Under the pieces are notes generated by a model. The model saw only the letters and a list, made by a program, of their open reading frames with translations, was not told the DNA's origin and ran no database searches. A stretch of 64,000 nt of DNA from Octopus vulgaris (lineage: Eukaryota), in NCBI GenBank assembly GCA_951406725.2, contig OX597815.1:132122001-132186000 (forward strand), read 5' to 3'. Below are positions 16,911 to 29,779 of this stretch, in pieces. A program made the position numbers and the translations under genes. Position 1 is the first letter of the stretch. Every line of letters begins with the position of its first letter.

Positions 16911-17115
16911 GGAGTTTATAGAAAAGCATGACTAAAAATATGTGCGAGTATGTACGATATTGTGTATGTGTGTGCGTGTGTGTATACATATATTAATATG
17001 TAGTATATTTCTATAACATATACGTATATATACATATGCACACAGAAATACACACACGCACACAACACATACTCATACGCGTATTTGATTATTTCCGCAC
17101 ACATACTTATACACA

Positions 17116-17139
17116 TAGATAGATAGGTAGGTAGATAGG

Positions 17140-17203
<64 letters not shown>

Positions 17204-17226
17204 CAGACAGATATATAGACAAAGAC

Positions 17227-17270
<44 letters not shown>

Positions 17271-17290
17271 GGATGGATGGATAGATAGAC

Positions 17291-17354
<64 letters not shown>
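17116..17354. repeat. (GATA)n microsatellite
   Basis: Directly visible. Confidence 0.97.
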
Positions 17355-17355
<1 letters not shown>

Positions 17356-17777
17356 CTAATATCTTTTATAGGAAAATTTGCATATTTATTCCAAATACGT
17401 CCAGGCACTTCCAGACACAATATATGTTAGTTGCTGTAATGTACGTCAATGGAGAAAAAGAAAAGTTCTGTCTTTTATTACGATACTGCGTTTAACACAC
17501 GTGACTCATTGGCTTTGTTTATACTTTCACCGAACAAAATATCTACTGATACAATTTTCATCGACATGAATTTATTAATGACGGTCTTCTTAAACTACCG
17601 GAGGAGCATTTTTTCATTTTATTTGCGAAAATGTTTGGTATGTCTTATCGATAAACTACAGTGTTCTAGGAAATTGCATACGCGTAACGTAGTTCAGTGG
17701 TAAATTGAACTGAACTTTGAGAATTACAGTCCCTTTAGCAAGTGTATTAGTTTGACGCTCGGGTAATATGGACAAGT

Positions 17778-17813
17778 CTTTTACGTTTCGAGCCTATGCT
17801 CTTCAACAGAAAG
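17778..17813 (-). ncRNA. Minimal hammerhead-like motif with variant core
   Basis: cttt-CTGTTGA-a-gagc(atag)gctc-GAAA-cg-TA-aaag; second copy at 48238-48273. Confidence 0.5.
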
Positions 17814-18644
17814 GAATAAAAAAAATACGGAGAGAGAATGAAAAAAACATTGGAATGAAAGAGAGAGAAGAGTGAGAAAGAAGACTTACAGATAGACTGA
17901 TAGATAGATTGATAGACAGACAGATACATACATATATACATACATACATACATACATACATACATACATACATACATACATGCATACATGCATGCAATGT
18001 GCATATTTACATACATACATTACACAGATACATATATATTCCAATATGTATAGATTACTATTGCGTATCACCAATGGAACCAATATCACAGAGCTTATAC
18101 GCCACAATAAATAGCTTTAATACGTTAAAACTACAGTCAACTAACGCAGATGAAGATTAAAATCTATTACTTTTGCAGTATCATTGACGGACACAAAGGC
18201 AGACGATAATTGTCTGGCATTCTTCAATTCTCCAACCATGAAACGTCTCAAGAGATTCAAAAGTTACTTGATGCATTGATGGTTCCCCTTGATGAATCAT
18301 TTATCTTTGCACAAGATTATTTAAACTGGTTTAAACAACAATGGAGAATAACAAACTGAGAAGCGAGAAAAAAGGCACTGAGAAAGTATTTGCATAATTA
18401 GAATTTACGTTTTTTACTTCTGGCAAATCGCAAGCTAATTTGGATTTCACGGAAGAAAATCTTTACTTTGATAAGGCTTTTACGAAAGATAACGCTAAAT
18501 GAGCAACTCGATAGATATCCTCCTTTTGTTAGTAGCATTCAAAGATGTATATTTTATGGAATTCATTTTCTTAATTGCGTAACTTATAACGATAATGAAA
18601 AGTAATGCCTTTGTTGGAAGTGATAGCTAACATACTTGCTTCAA

Positions 18645-18846
18645 TTTGTGGCACAAGGCCAGCAATTGTCGAGGCGGGTGAAAGTAGATTCACCGACCCA
18701 AGTGCTCAAATAATATTTATTTTATCGACTCCGAAAGGATGGAAGCAAAGTCGAATCCGGTGGCATTTTATTTAAGAACGTAAAATCTGAAGGAATGCAG
18801 CTAATCATTACTTCAGGCGAGATACCGATTCTGCCAGCTCGCCGCT
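18645..18846 (-). mobile_element. SINE family A (decayed)
   Basis: Similar to the reverse complement of 53303-53519. Confidence 0.7.
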
Positions 18847-18954
18847 CCCGATAGCTAACATATCAATGATGTTTACAATCCGCTTGTTTCATAGGTATGC
18901 ATACATTTCAATCTTCGACCTACTCTAATAGACACACACAGACACACAGACACA

Positions 18955-18992
<38 letters not shown>

Positions 18993-19235
18993 TATATACA
19001 GAGAGAGACAGAGAGAGAGTGAAAGAGACAGACAGACTAACAGTAGTGTGCTATGTTTATGGTTTTCATTTTTGGTAAAACATTGCACACTGCTGTCTAT
19101 ATAAATTTTCTGTATACACATTAGTGATTCACTAAATCATCCATAGATTTTTTTAGTGAAGACATATAGACTCACAGAGAATTCAGTCTGGAATCATCCT
19201 GATTCGAACAGTCCTTACTGACGAGGCCGGTAAGT

Positions 19236-19282
<47 letters not shown>

Positions 19283-19591
19283 TAACATTTTCACAATCCA
19301 ACCGTCCTTTCACACACTGAATTTCGTCTTTTTCTAAAGCCAAGACCCTGGAGTGACTTTAAATATAATGAAACTGTGATTATGTATATCAGAAAAAATA
19401 TATATAAGTCGAAACAATTTGTTGGCCTTTTATGGTTTTTCATAATTATTTATGTTATACAATGTTATGTTATGTTATATATTATATTAATAGTATTTAA
19501 TGCAATATTGTAATGTAAATAAATTATTGGATTGTCAATCAAATATCTCTATATGTAAGTTATATGCATACATACATACATACATACACAC

Positions 19592-19648
<57 letters not shown>

Positions 19649-19738
19649 ATATGTTAGGGTAATAAGAATTATAGAAAGTATTATTACCAGTGGTCTAGCA
19701 CAAGAAAATAGCCAATAGACTATATATTGTTCACATAA

Positions 19739-20016
19739 AAATATCGTGCACATTAGAACACCTTAAGAGGCTTCCAAATAGGAAAGCCTTGTGCGAGAAA
19801 GAGCAGTAGAAAACTCAAACCACTAATTATGGATAAATTCTCGAAAGGATTGAAAATTAAAAATGTTTACCATCTAATTCAGTTCTTAGACCATGGTTTC
19901 TAACTCATTCCAGTAAAAAAATATTCACTATTAGTGGTTTGAGTTTTCTACTGCTTTTCTAACATAAGGCTTTCCTATTTGGAAGCCTCTTAATGTGTTC
20001 TAATGTACACGATATT

Positions 20017-20017
<1 letters not shown>
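19739..20017. repeat. Inverted repeat, ~90-bp arms, ~100-bp spacer
   Basis: 19739-19828 versus the reverse complement of 19930-20017. Confidence 0.85.
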
Positions 20018-20074
<57 letters not shown>

Positions 20075-20081
20075 TATAGAT

Positions 20082-20113
<32 letters not shown>

Positions 20114-20389
20114 TTCATATAAATATGGTACTTAATTTGAGGTACCAGAATTTAGTCCGGTATTATCCATACAATTTCAAAGTAAGGTGATTAAAATCAA
20201 AATAAGCAACAAGGATTTCCAGAAGTAAATAAAGTACGATCGTTTCATGAAACTCCATTTAATTGAACAATGCAATCATTACATCAATTTAAAATGCAGA
20301 GTAATCTTCAGCTGCACTATGACATGGAATTTAATTAAATTAGAACAGATGGACATATTAGTATAGTATGTCCATCTGTTCTTATATTG

Positions 20390-20420
<31 letters not shown>

Positions 20421-21434
20421 ACATCCTTTCTGTCTCGGAAGACAATGGAGTTGCGCATAAAGTAGTCTAGTCCGGCTTTTATATTTCATGACCTGATACA
20501 TTTCCTGCTGTGGCTGTGTAGTCCTATCCTGGACAAACACTTCCTCTGCCAGGTACCGCAAATGTAGCGAAGACTGTTCCTGGCTGGTTGTAATGTCATA
20601 GTCTCTTGTTGACGTCTCTTCTTTTCTTTCCGTTTCTCCTCTCTCTCTCTCTCTGTCACTCCTTTGTATTCCCTCTTTTACGGTTATAGTCAGTTCTTTC
20701 TGTCTGTTGTCTGTCACTGTTCATCAATTTACCGATATCTTTCTTATAGACATTTTGTTTTAAGTGAACATATGTACAACCAAATAAAATAGTTTTCAAT
20801 AAGACATGCAGAAAATATATTAATAGGGTAATATTTTAGGAGCACTCTGCACATCGTTTGGTGATTTAGAGACATGTAGACATGAAGCATTGGCTGCATC
20901 CGCAGAATTTTTCTATGCATATTCTTGCTACCCTAAGATTTTAATTAATACATATTTATATATATAAATGTGTGTGTGTGTGTGTGCGTGTGCGCGCGTG
21001 TGTGTGTGTGTGTGTGTGTGTGTGTCTGTGTGTGTGTGCGTCTGTGTGTGTTTATAGATTAGGTACAGGTATTCTCTGTATAGAGTACACTTGGTAGCGC
21101 TCAAGAGATTTGATCTTGAGCAGGTAGAGGAATACATGTAAGGAGAATTAAGTTAGGCAAATTTATATTAAAAAAATATTAAAAATATCCGATGGTATCC
21201 GATGATGGAATCAAGTTATAATCATTATTTAGGACCAACACCAATTCCCTCCCAGAAACAGACGTTGGACTCGTAAAGCCCTTACTTAAGCCCTTTGATT
21301 CCTGATATCATTTATATTCTGTGTACGTCGAACTTTTTATAAGCATACATATGTATATTTTTCGTATTAAATGTATTTAATATTTTTTTGTATATCGATT
21401 TGCCTAACTTCATTTTCCTTTCATTTACTACTCT

Positions 21435-21480
<46 letters not shown>

Positions 21481-22243
21481 GTATATATACATACATATAT
21501 ATATTATATATTATTATATTATTATATGTGTGTTTATATAAAGATAGACAGATAAGGAGATAAACAGGTATACAGGTCTATACATACATACATACACACG
21601 CACGCGAACACATACATATATATGCATGTGTATATGTTTGTATGTGCGTGTGTGTGTGAGATAGAGTATATGTGTATGAGTGCGGATGATTATGTTCGTT
21701 TATGTGTGATATACTTGCATACATACACGATTATATGTATACATGAATGAGGCGGGTGAATTTGAGTGAGTGAAGAAATATAATATGAATACTTCGTGCG
21801 TAGATGAAATGTATTGGATAATTTTAAAATTAGTTTACCTACGTCATCAGAGAAGACATTTTTATAACCCCCGTCGTCACTCACACATCTTTGGATGAAT
21901 ATACGTTCGCACAGAGACACGCGGTTGCAGTGGCGCACACTTGCATGAACGCTCGCACAGCAAGAAGATTACGTCACAAAACTATGTAGCACCACAATTT
22001 TTGCTTTTGCGTATTCTCAGCTTTATACATATATACATGTGTGTGTGTGTGCGTCCGTTTGTGCATGAGTGTTTATGTATATATTTCTATATATATATAT
22101 ATATGTGAGTGTGTGTGTGTATGTACATGTATATTTGCATATATGTGTGCATATATATATATATGTATATGTGTGTATATATATATACATATATATATAT
22201 GTATACATATGCATGTGTGTGCATATATATATGTATATGTGTG

Positions 22244-22339
<96 letters not shown>

Positions 22340-23834
22340 TGTGTTTGTGTACATGTATTCTATCCGTTATCTCTTTTACAAACTATCTTTGAAGCATGCT
22401 TCTGCGTTCTTTTTATCTCTATATCTTTCTTTCGATCGTAATGGTTTCGTATTAGACTTCGTAATAATGAAGTGAAACACACAGAGAGGAGATAAATAGA
22501 TAGGGAGAGAGAGAGAGGGAATGGTGGAGTAAGAGAGTGAAGGGTTTTGTTTGAAAAGTATATACAGAGAACAGGGAATTTATAAAAAGAAGAAAATATC
22601 TTAGGAAACACAACTGAAAGTAGGAAATAGAAATTGAAGTGAGGAAAGAAGGAATGAAATGGAAAAATAAAGACAAAAATCATTAACAAAAAAAGGAAGA
22701 AAGGTAAAATTGATTGAATGTGTAAATGTATGAATAAACGAGACAACACTGAGGAGTATCACATGTAAAGCGTTAAAATAAAAGAAGAGGGAAACCGTAA
22801 GGAATATAGAAATAGAACGAAGGCAGTGATACTGTTAAGAAGTGAAATAGAAAGATACAAAAAAAATGTTAAGAGACTTTGGGAATGAGAAATGGAATAG
22901 GAAATGAGTAGTAGTGATGAAATGAATAGAAATGATCTGGAAGTGAGGCGAAGAGACTGGTAAAGATGCAAGGAAATGGAGAGAGTAAATTGGGAAGGAA
23001 ACGGAAAACGGGGTGGACAGAGTGTGAAGAAAATATAGAAATATAAAACCCGAGAAGCAGAAATTCGAAAAATAAGCGAGAAGCGAATGGATTTGAGAGA
23101 AAGTGTTTATAAGATGCAGTGAATAGGATAGAAAAAAGTGGGGGAAAGTGCTTATTTTTTTCTTTTTCTTTGCTCGTGACTTTGTGTGTGTGTGTGTATG
23201 TGTGTGTGTGTTTGTGTGTTTGTGTGTGTCTGTGTGTGTGTGTGTGTTTGTGTGTATGTGTGTGCAGCATGTGGCGAATGAACTCTTGAGTAGAGAAGAG
23301 AGCCACTGAGATAACTAAGTCCCTACTAAAAAAGCTAGAGTTGAAGTTACGCCAAAATCAAGCCATAATCAAACTTTATACACCAGGGGTGTAGAACATA
23401 TTGGTGGGAAAAAGGGAAGGCCTCTCGACATCAGAAATGCTACAGGAGTATGAACAGCTTGCATTAAAACTGAAAATCTTTAGAAACGGTTTCCCTGAGC
23501 TATCAGAAATTAACTATTGAAATAATGTGATGCTTTTAACGGATTTAAATGGTATATGAAGTTTCAGAATATAATCTAATGATTAGACAGGGGTTTGTGA
23601 CACTCCATAATCAATGTGATCTGTTTAATAATGCTACTGACTGTTGAATAAAAGAAAATGCAAAGCGTAGGGTAGGAATATCGTTATGATAAAGGTCATT
23701 GCCTGCAAAATATCGTTTGCAACAAATATTAAACTATCATGCATTACCAGATATATTTGTCCAGTAGAAAATTGAAGTGATGGAAGGTGAATGGGAAGGA
23801 ATTAGCACCAACATCAAAAAGAAGCGGTGGTTAA

Positions 23835-24025
23835 AGAACATGGACTGCACACCCATTCGGTTATCATTATTATGTTTTTCTAAAGAAATCCACTTTTTCG
23901 ACTGTGGAGATTAAAATTTTGAAATACCGAAGTTTTTTGTAGATTCGGAATCTCAGCAGTTGAAAAGATGGGTTTCTGTAGGAAAAAAAAAATAATAACA
24001 GAAATGGGAGTGCAGTCCATGTCCT
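23835..24025. mobile_element. Fold-back MITE with TTAA-type target (Kolobok/piggyBac-like)
   Basis: TTAA|AGAACATGGACTGCAC...GTGCAGTCCATGTCCT|TTAC; inverted similarity extends ~80 bp inward. Confidence 0.65.
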
Positions 24026-24224
24026 TTACCTTCTCCCAAAACGATACTCTTTTTCAACTGAGTAGAGTGGGCAACGAGGAATGAAGTGCCTTGTTTGAAA
24101 ACACAATTAAAGCAAGAATTAATTCTTTACTTAAATTACGATAAACCCTACATATTAGCTGAATACTTAGGGACTTTGAAGGAACATCTCCGTTTGCCTA
24201 GCCATTCCAATAACAATGCTTTCC

Positions 24225-24430
24225 ACTGGAAGCACAAGGCCTCATATTTGGGGAAAGGGATTAAGTCGATTACATTGACCCCAGAGCGTAACTGGCATTT
24301 ATTTAATCCACCCCAAAAAGATGAAAGGCAAAGTCGTCCTCGGCGGAATTTGAACTCAGAACCTGAAGACGGGAGAAATACCGCAAAGCATTTCGCCCGA
24401 TGTGCTAACGATTCTGCCAGCTCGCCGCCC
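24225..24430 (-). mobile_element. SINE family A
   Basis: GATGAAAGGCAAAGTCG.CCTCGGCGGAATTTGAACTCAGAAC...CTGCCAGCTCGCCGCC. Confidence 0.85.
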
Positions 24431-24499
24431 TAGCCGTACCAATAATAATAAAAACATGCACGGCCCAAATTCTCATGTTCTTTTTCGAAAAGGAAATAA

Positions 24500-25600
24500 T
24501 TTAAGCATAATAGTGGGTTAGTTTCTTTATATGAACTTTTGAATTGAGTTCAAGAACCCTGCGGAGAACTCTCGCAGTTCCACGCAGTGATGATTTTTGC
24601 AAGTGTTCTATCTTTACGTTTGTCCTAATATTTTTGAGCCATGATGGTAATTGAACGCTGATATTTCCAAGTGCGCCAGGTACTGTTGGTATCAAGTCCA
24701 CTCTCTTCCTTGCCCCCAGCCTGCGTATTTCCCAGGTCAATTCGTCATAGGTATTCACTTTTTCTTATTTCGATCCTTTTGTCACCGGGACATGCTATAC
24801 CGATCATCAAGCATGTTTGTTTTCGTTTTTTGTTCACCACACCAATCTCAAGATTTTGCAATCTTCATTCTCAGTAACATATTATGGGATTTTTCATACC
24901 ATGTCTTTGGGCTTTGTAGGCCATAATTTCCACAGAGGACCCAATGAATCATTCTTGCCATATTGCCATGTCATCTCTTCTATTCACCTTGTGCTGATTT
25001 CAAGCATACACTAACAATGTATCACACTATTTCAACCCTCTCACCACACATTCAGCGTTTGTCACTCAGTCGTGTTGTCAATTTTGCACTTCAATTAGTT
25101 CGTCGTTCAATGCGTGTCGTCTTGCCGCACATATTAATGCTTCTGTTTCTATCTTCAGGTCACTCTTCCACATCCATGACCTCGGGTTTTCTGAATATAA
25201 TAGACGTCATGAGAATATAGCAGGGGTTGTCTATTGGACACGTTGTAGGAAGTGCCAAAACGTGGTACGAACATAAACCCCAAGGCATCATGGATGACTA
25301 AAAGTGATTTAAAACCGGAAATGGAGCCTCTAATCTGTGCTACCCAAGAGCAAGCATTAAGAACCAGTTACATCAAAAACGGAATAGACAACACACCAGA
25401 AAGTGATACGTGCAGAATTTGTGGACAAAATTTGAAAATGTATGGCATATTAGCAGTCAATGTACGCCACTGGCTCCCACTTGTTGCAAACAGACCGTAG
25501 ACTCTTCCCGTTTCAGTGCTATTGCTTTCTTTTTTCTTTCTCTTTTGCGTTCTTCTCCTCTTTAAGTTTCTCATTCTTTACACTATTATCAATCGTGATG
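24500..25600 (-). mobile_element. Decayed R4/Dong-like RLE LINE 3' fragment, interrupted by an inverted insert
   Basis: Residual ...WMWKSDLKIETE..., C..CGERVE, ...VPGALG...LQKSSLRGTARVLRRVL. Confidence 0.75.
25193..25475 (+). repeat. 283-bp circularly permuted, inverted copy of 27398-27691
   Basis: The two donor segments appear in swapped order, joined at ATGGA (25290-25294). Confidence 0.88.
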
Positions 25601-25789
25601 ATGCCGACCTTCTTCACATGTTTCCTCAACGATCCCAAGCCATTTTACATAACATCCCAAGCTGTTTTTTTTTTCTGCTTCAACACAATATTATTATTAT
25701 TAATCGTCATCATGATCATCGTTATTATATCATTATTATTGTTATTTTTGTTAGTATTATTATTATTGTTGTTATTATTATTATTATTA

Positions 25790-26878
25790 CTTTTTTTTTT
25801 CTTCTTTCAAATTTTCTTCCATTTCTTGCCGAGTGTCTTCCCGACTCCTAGGGCAAAGAAACTCATAGTGTATATTGGTAGGCCATTAAACCAAACTCAG
25901 TAGTTCGTTAATTTTTTTTTTTTTTTTTTTTTAAAGTTAAATTAAAATACATGAGCAGCAACAGTTCTCACATCGACAATGCTCTTCTCAATACGTGTGA
26001 TGTACCAGTTAAGACAATCTTTTGCACTTCTTGCAGGGATGGTAAGCCAGGGATCATTCTCATATAATTTTCGGTTCCCTTCTTGATCATTCCTAGTGCT
26101 CCTACGATCACTGGTATTGTAACCGCCTTGAGATGCCATATTTTCTCAATTTCAATGAGTAGGTCTTTATATTTTCTGAGCTTGTCAAACTCTTTCGCTG
26201 AGATATTATGATCACAGGGGATGCTCATGTCGATCAATAAGCAAACTTTATTGTTTTGGTCTTTCACAACAATATCTGGTTTATTGGCCTTGATGGTTCG
26301 GTCTGTATGTACTGGAAAGTCCCACAGAATGGTTACATTTTCTCCTTCAGTTACAGCCTCAGGGTGGTGATTATACCACTTGTCGGCAGTTTTGATATTG
26401 TAATGCCGACTTATTAGCCAGTGGAGATATTGGCCAACTCTGTCATGTCTTAATTTATACTCCACTGGTGCTAAGACTTTACATCCAGAGATTAGGTGGT
26501 CCACTGTTTCAATCATGTCGTTGCAGAATCGGCATTTTGGGTCTGCTCCATTTTTCATCACATTGGCCTGGTAGTTCCGGGTTGATAGGCTTTGGTCTTG
26601 AGCAGCCAGGATGAAACCTTCGCTCTCTGCTTTTAGCCCTGAGCTCCGCAGCCACTGATGGGTTTGCTTCTGGTCAACATCAGCTTGTTTGCTGCGGGTC
26701 ACATATTTGCCGTGCAGAGGTTTCTCCTCCCACCTATCAGCCAATTGCTCGTGCGCTTTTTTCATTGCCATCATTTTCACCTTCTTTGCAACAATAGTTG
26801 CCGTACTTCCCTCGGGTTGTTCAGTTTGGGTATCCTGCACGAGATCAATAGCAAATTTTTTGCTTTCCTTGATGATAG
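25790..26878 (-). mobile_element. 5'-truncated R4/Dong-like LINE (CCHC and restriction-like endonuclease), inserted in (TAA)n
   Basis: Open ORF 25968-26840: KPLHGKY, WLRSSGLKAESEGFILAAQDQ, CRFC..ETVDHLISGC, RHD, KPDIVV...LIDMSIP...KLRKYKDL, PVIVGALG. (TAA)n on both sides. Confidence 0.9.
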
Positions 26879-26880
26879 AA

Positions 26881-26935
<55 letters not shown>

Positions 26936-26939
26936 TATT

Positions 26940-28545
26940 GTCAGTGCACAACTTCTAACGCTGGAGATGTACTACGGTGCCAGCTGTTCACTACCAGTGA
27001 ATTAAGATAACACAGCTTATTTTTCGAGCACCTTGCGGAGTTTTCCAGCGGTTCGAAGCAGCGGTGTTTTCTGCAAGTTTTCCACCCTTATTGCAGCCCC
27101 TATCTGTTCCGTGTACTCCAAAGATTTTTATTCACTGTTCTCAGGGCTCCGACAATTATTGGTATCACTACCACCGTTTTCATCGACCACAACTTCTTAA
27201 ACTCACAAGCTAAGCTGTCATATTTCTCGACGTTTCTTTCTTCCTTATCACATACCTTGTTGTCAGCTGGACATGCTATATCTATGATCCAGTATCGTTT
27301 GCTTTCTTTTTCAATTAACACTATGTCTGGTTTCCTATTCTCTATCTCATGGTTGCACTGAATAATACAATCTCATAAGATCTTTGCATTATCATTTTCC
27401 ATGATGCCTTGGGGTTTATGTTCGTACCACGGTTTGGCACTTCTTACAACGTGTCCAATAGACAACCCCTGCTATATTCTCATGACGTCTATTATATTCT
27501 TTCACAGCCAGTGGCGTAGATTGACTGCTAATATGCCATACATTTTCAAATTTTGTCCACAAATTCTGCACGTATCATTTTCTGGTGTGTTGTCTATTCC
27601 GTTTTTGATGTAACTGGTTCTTAATGCTTGCTCTTGGGTAGCACAGATTAGAGGCTCCATTTCCGGTTTTAAATCACTTTTAGTCATCCATAGCCATCTT
27701 TTTTCTCTGTCTGTCTTATCTTCAACATCCCTATGGAATTGTCCATGCATTCTTTTCTTTCTCCACCTATTTTCTCCCTGCATTCTTTTCTTTATCCACC
27801 TATTTTGTCCATGCATTCTTTTCTTTATTCAACCAAAAGGTCTCATGCTATTCATTTTAAAATTCCTGAGTACAACATATTACCTCCGGATTTGAAACCA
27901 TGTCTAATAGTTAATTAGTTATCTTTGACTTGTATAACTTTTACTAAATTTTCTACAGCTACCTACACATTCCATGACTACCAATGTGCTCGATGAGGTA
28001 GCGGACAAGGATTCTAGATTTTTTTCCGTTTTTTTACTTAATATGTGAGAGCTGTCGGGTTCATTTTTAGTATTCTCCTTTGTGAGAGCAGTCTAATTTA
28101 TTTCAGATATTCTCATTTGTCTGGTTTATTCGCATCTATCTTTCTGTCAGTTTGAACGGTGATGTTCCAGAGGAGTGAGATGTAATCATTTTCAAGCACT
28201 AGAAGCGGTTTGTGTTCCCACAAGTTTTTATGATGGAGCAGGTCCAGACTTTTGCAATTCTATACATTGTCAACAATTTTCGTATTTTTCTGTCAAGATT
28301 ACACGTATCAGTAATTGACTAGTTAATGATACTGAAACTGTAAGTCACGACCGGTATGTCTAAACTATTGATCGCTTGGATCTTGTTTCTTGCATTCAGA
28401 TCTGTCTTGAATGTTGCTCTTACTCTGCAATAACATTCTCTTCTGATCCTTTCCTGCATTATTGAATGTTTGATTCCATCACTTTCAAATACCACTAGGT
28501 ATTTCTAGCTCTCCGCTATATAAATGATTTCTCGTCTCCAAATTC
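26940..28545 (-). mobile_element. Decayed R4/Dong-like LINE fragments (at least two)
   Basis: MHGQF, WMTKSDLKPE.E.LICATQEQALRT, CRICG, KPDI..IIDIACP...KYDSL, PIIVGAL. The RT-distal part at 27950-28545 is heavily frameshifted. 33-bp tandem duplication at 27742-27828. Confidence 0.8.
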
Positions 28546-28590
28546 TTACAAGGTAGTATGGCCAAGTGGAATACACGTCTCCTTCAAAAC

Positions 28591-28646
<56 letters not shown>

Positions 28647-29172
28647 CAGCAGCGGCGGCGGTGGTGGTGGTGGTGGTGGTGGTGGTGGTAATATTATTGA
28701 TAGTAATTTTAGTAGAAAACGAAGAAGAAGAAGTAGGAGAAGAAGAAGAGTCACACGAAGAAGATGAATATTTATGTATTGTAATTATGGCGTGCGTCAC
28801 AGAGAGAGAGGAGAGTGTGAGAGAGTGAAAAAGTGTACGAGAGAGAAAGAGTGAGAGAGAGAGAGCGTGTCTGTGTACGTATGTGTGTGGCGTGTGTGTA
28901 TGAGTGTATGCGTGTGTCTGAGAGAGAGTGAGAGAGAAGTTGGATGGATATTTCAAAGAGAAAATTAAATACAATAGGTATTTCACGTTTGGGAATTAAT
29001 TTCGCTATAAAGATTTGTTTGTAATATTGAGATAAAATCGTTGAAGCATATAAACAAACAAAAGAGTTGATGATTACAATAGATTTTTACTTAAATGATC
29101 ATTCTAGTTTTACCCATTGTTAGGCTAAATGTTGAAATATCAATATTAGACGCAAGCACATACACACATGTA

Positions 29173-29221
<49 letters not shown>

Positions 29222-29527
29222 TAATATATAAATATATTACATATATGCATATATACATGCATATATGGGTACAGGACATCAAAAAACGTGGAACACAATG
29301 AGGAATGAAAACATAAAAGAAAAAACATAGAAACGAACTTTTTTTCAAACAACGAGAAAAACAGAGTACAAGACATACAACACAAGGAATATTCCTCTTC
29401 TTCAGTTGTCCCTGTTTCATCTACTCCGCGTTCGAAGGTAAGGACAAGACGCAACTTCGTTGAAACAGTCCTTCCCGCAAAGCAAATTAAATAAAATTTG
29501 GGATTGCTTGCGGAGGGTAAAACTGTT

Positions 29528-29594
<67 letters not shown>

Positions 29595-29617
29595 CCGCTC
29601 GGGGTGATAGGCGCAAG

Positions 29618-29771
29618 AGTAGCTGTATAGTAATTAGATTGCTTACCAACGACATGGTTCCAAGCTCAGTCCCACTGCGTGGCACCTTGGGCAACTGCAT
29701 TCTACTATGGTCTTGGACTGAGCAAAGCCTTGCGATTGGAGTTAGTAGACGGAAACTAAAAGAAGCCCATC
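29618..29771 (+). mobile_element. tRNA-derived SINE family B, 5' part
   Basis: GGCGCA.GAGT.GCTGT..GTAA...GGTTC...CAGTCCCACTGCGTGGCACCTTGGGCAA; matches the reverse complement of 60510-60666. Confidence 0.75.
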
Positions 29772-29779
29772 AACAGAGA

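Noticed and set aside
19213-19425. CTGACGAGGCC...GTCGAAACAATTTG as a hammerhead
   Set aside because: Interrupted by a TA tract; stem I cannot be paired convincingly.
23300-23820. Possible very old LINE RT remnant (IRQG-like)
   Set aside because: Too degraded to assign by eye.
28558-28767. Poly-S/poly-G and poly-T ORFs
   Set aside because: Compound (AGT)(AGC)(GGC)(GGT) microsatellite.
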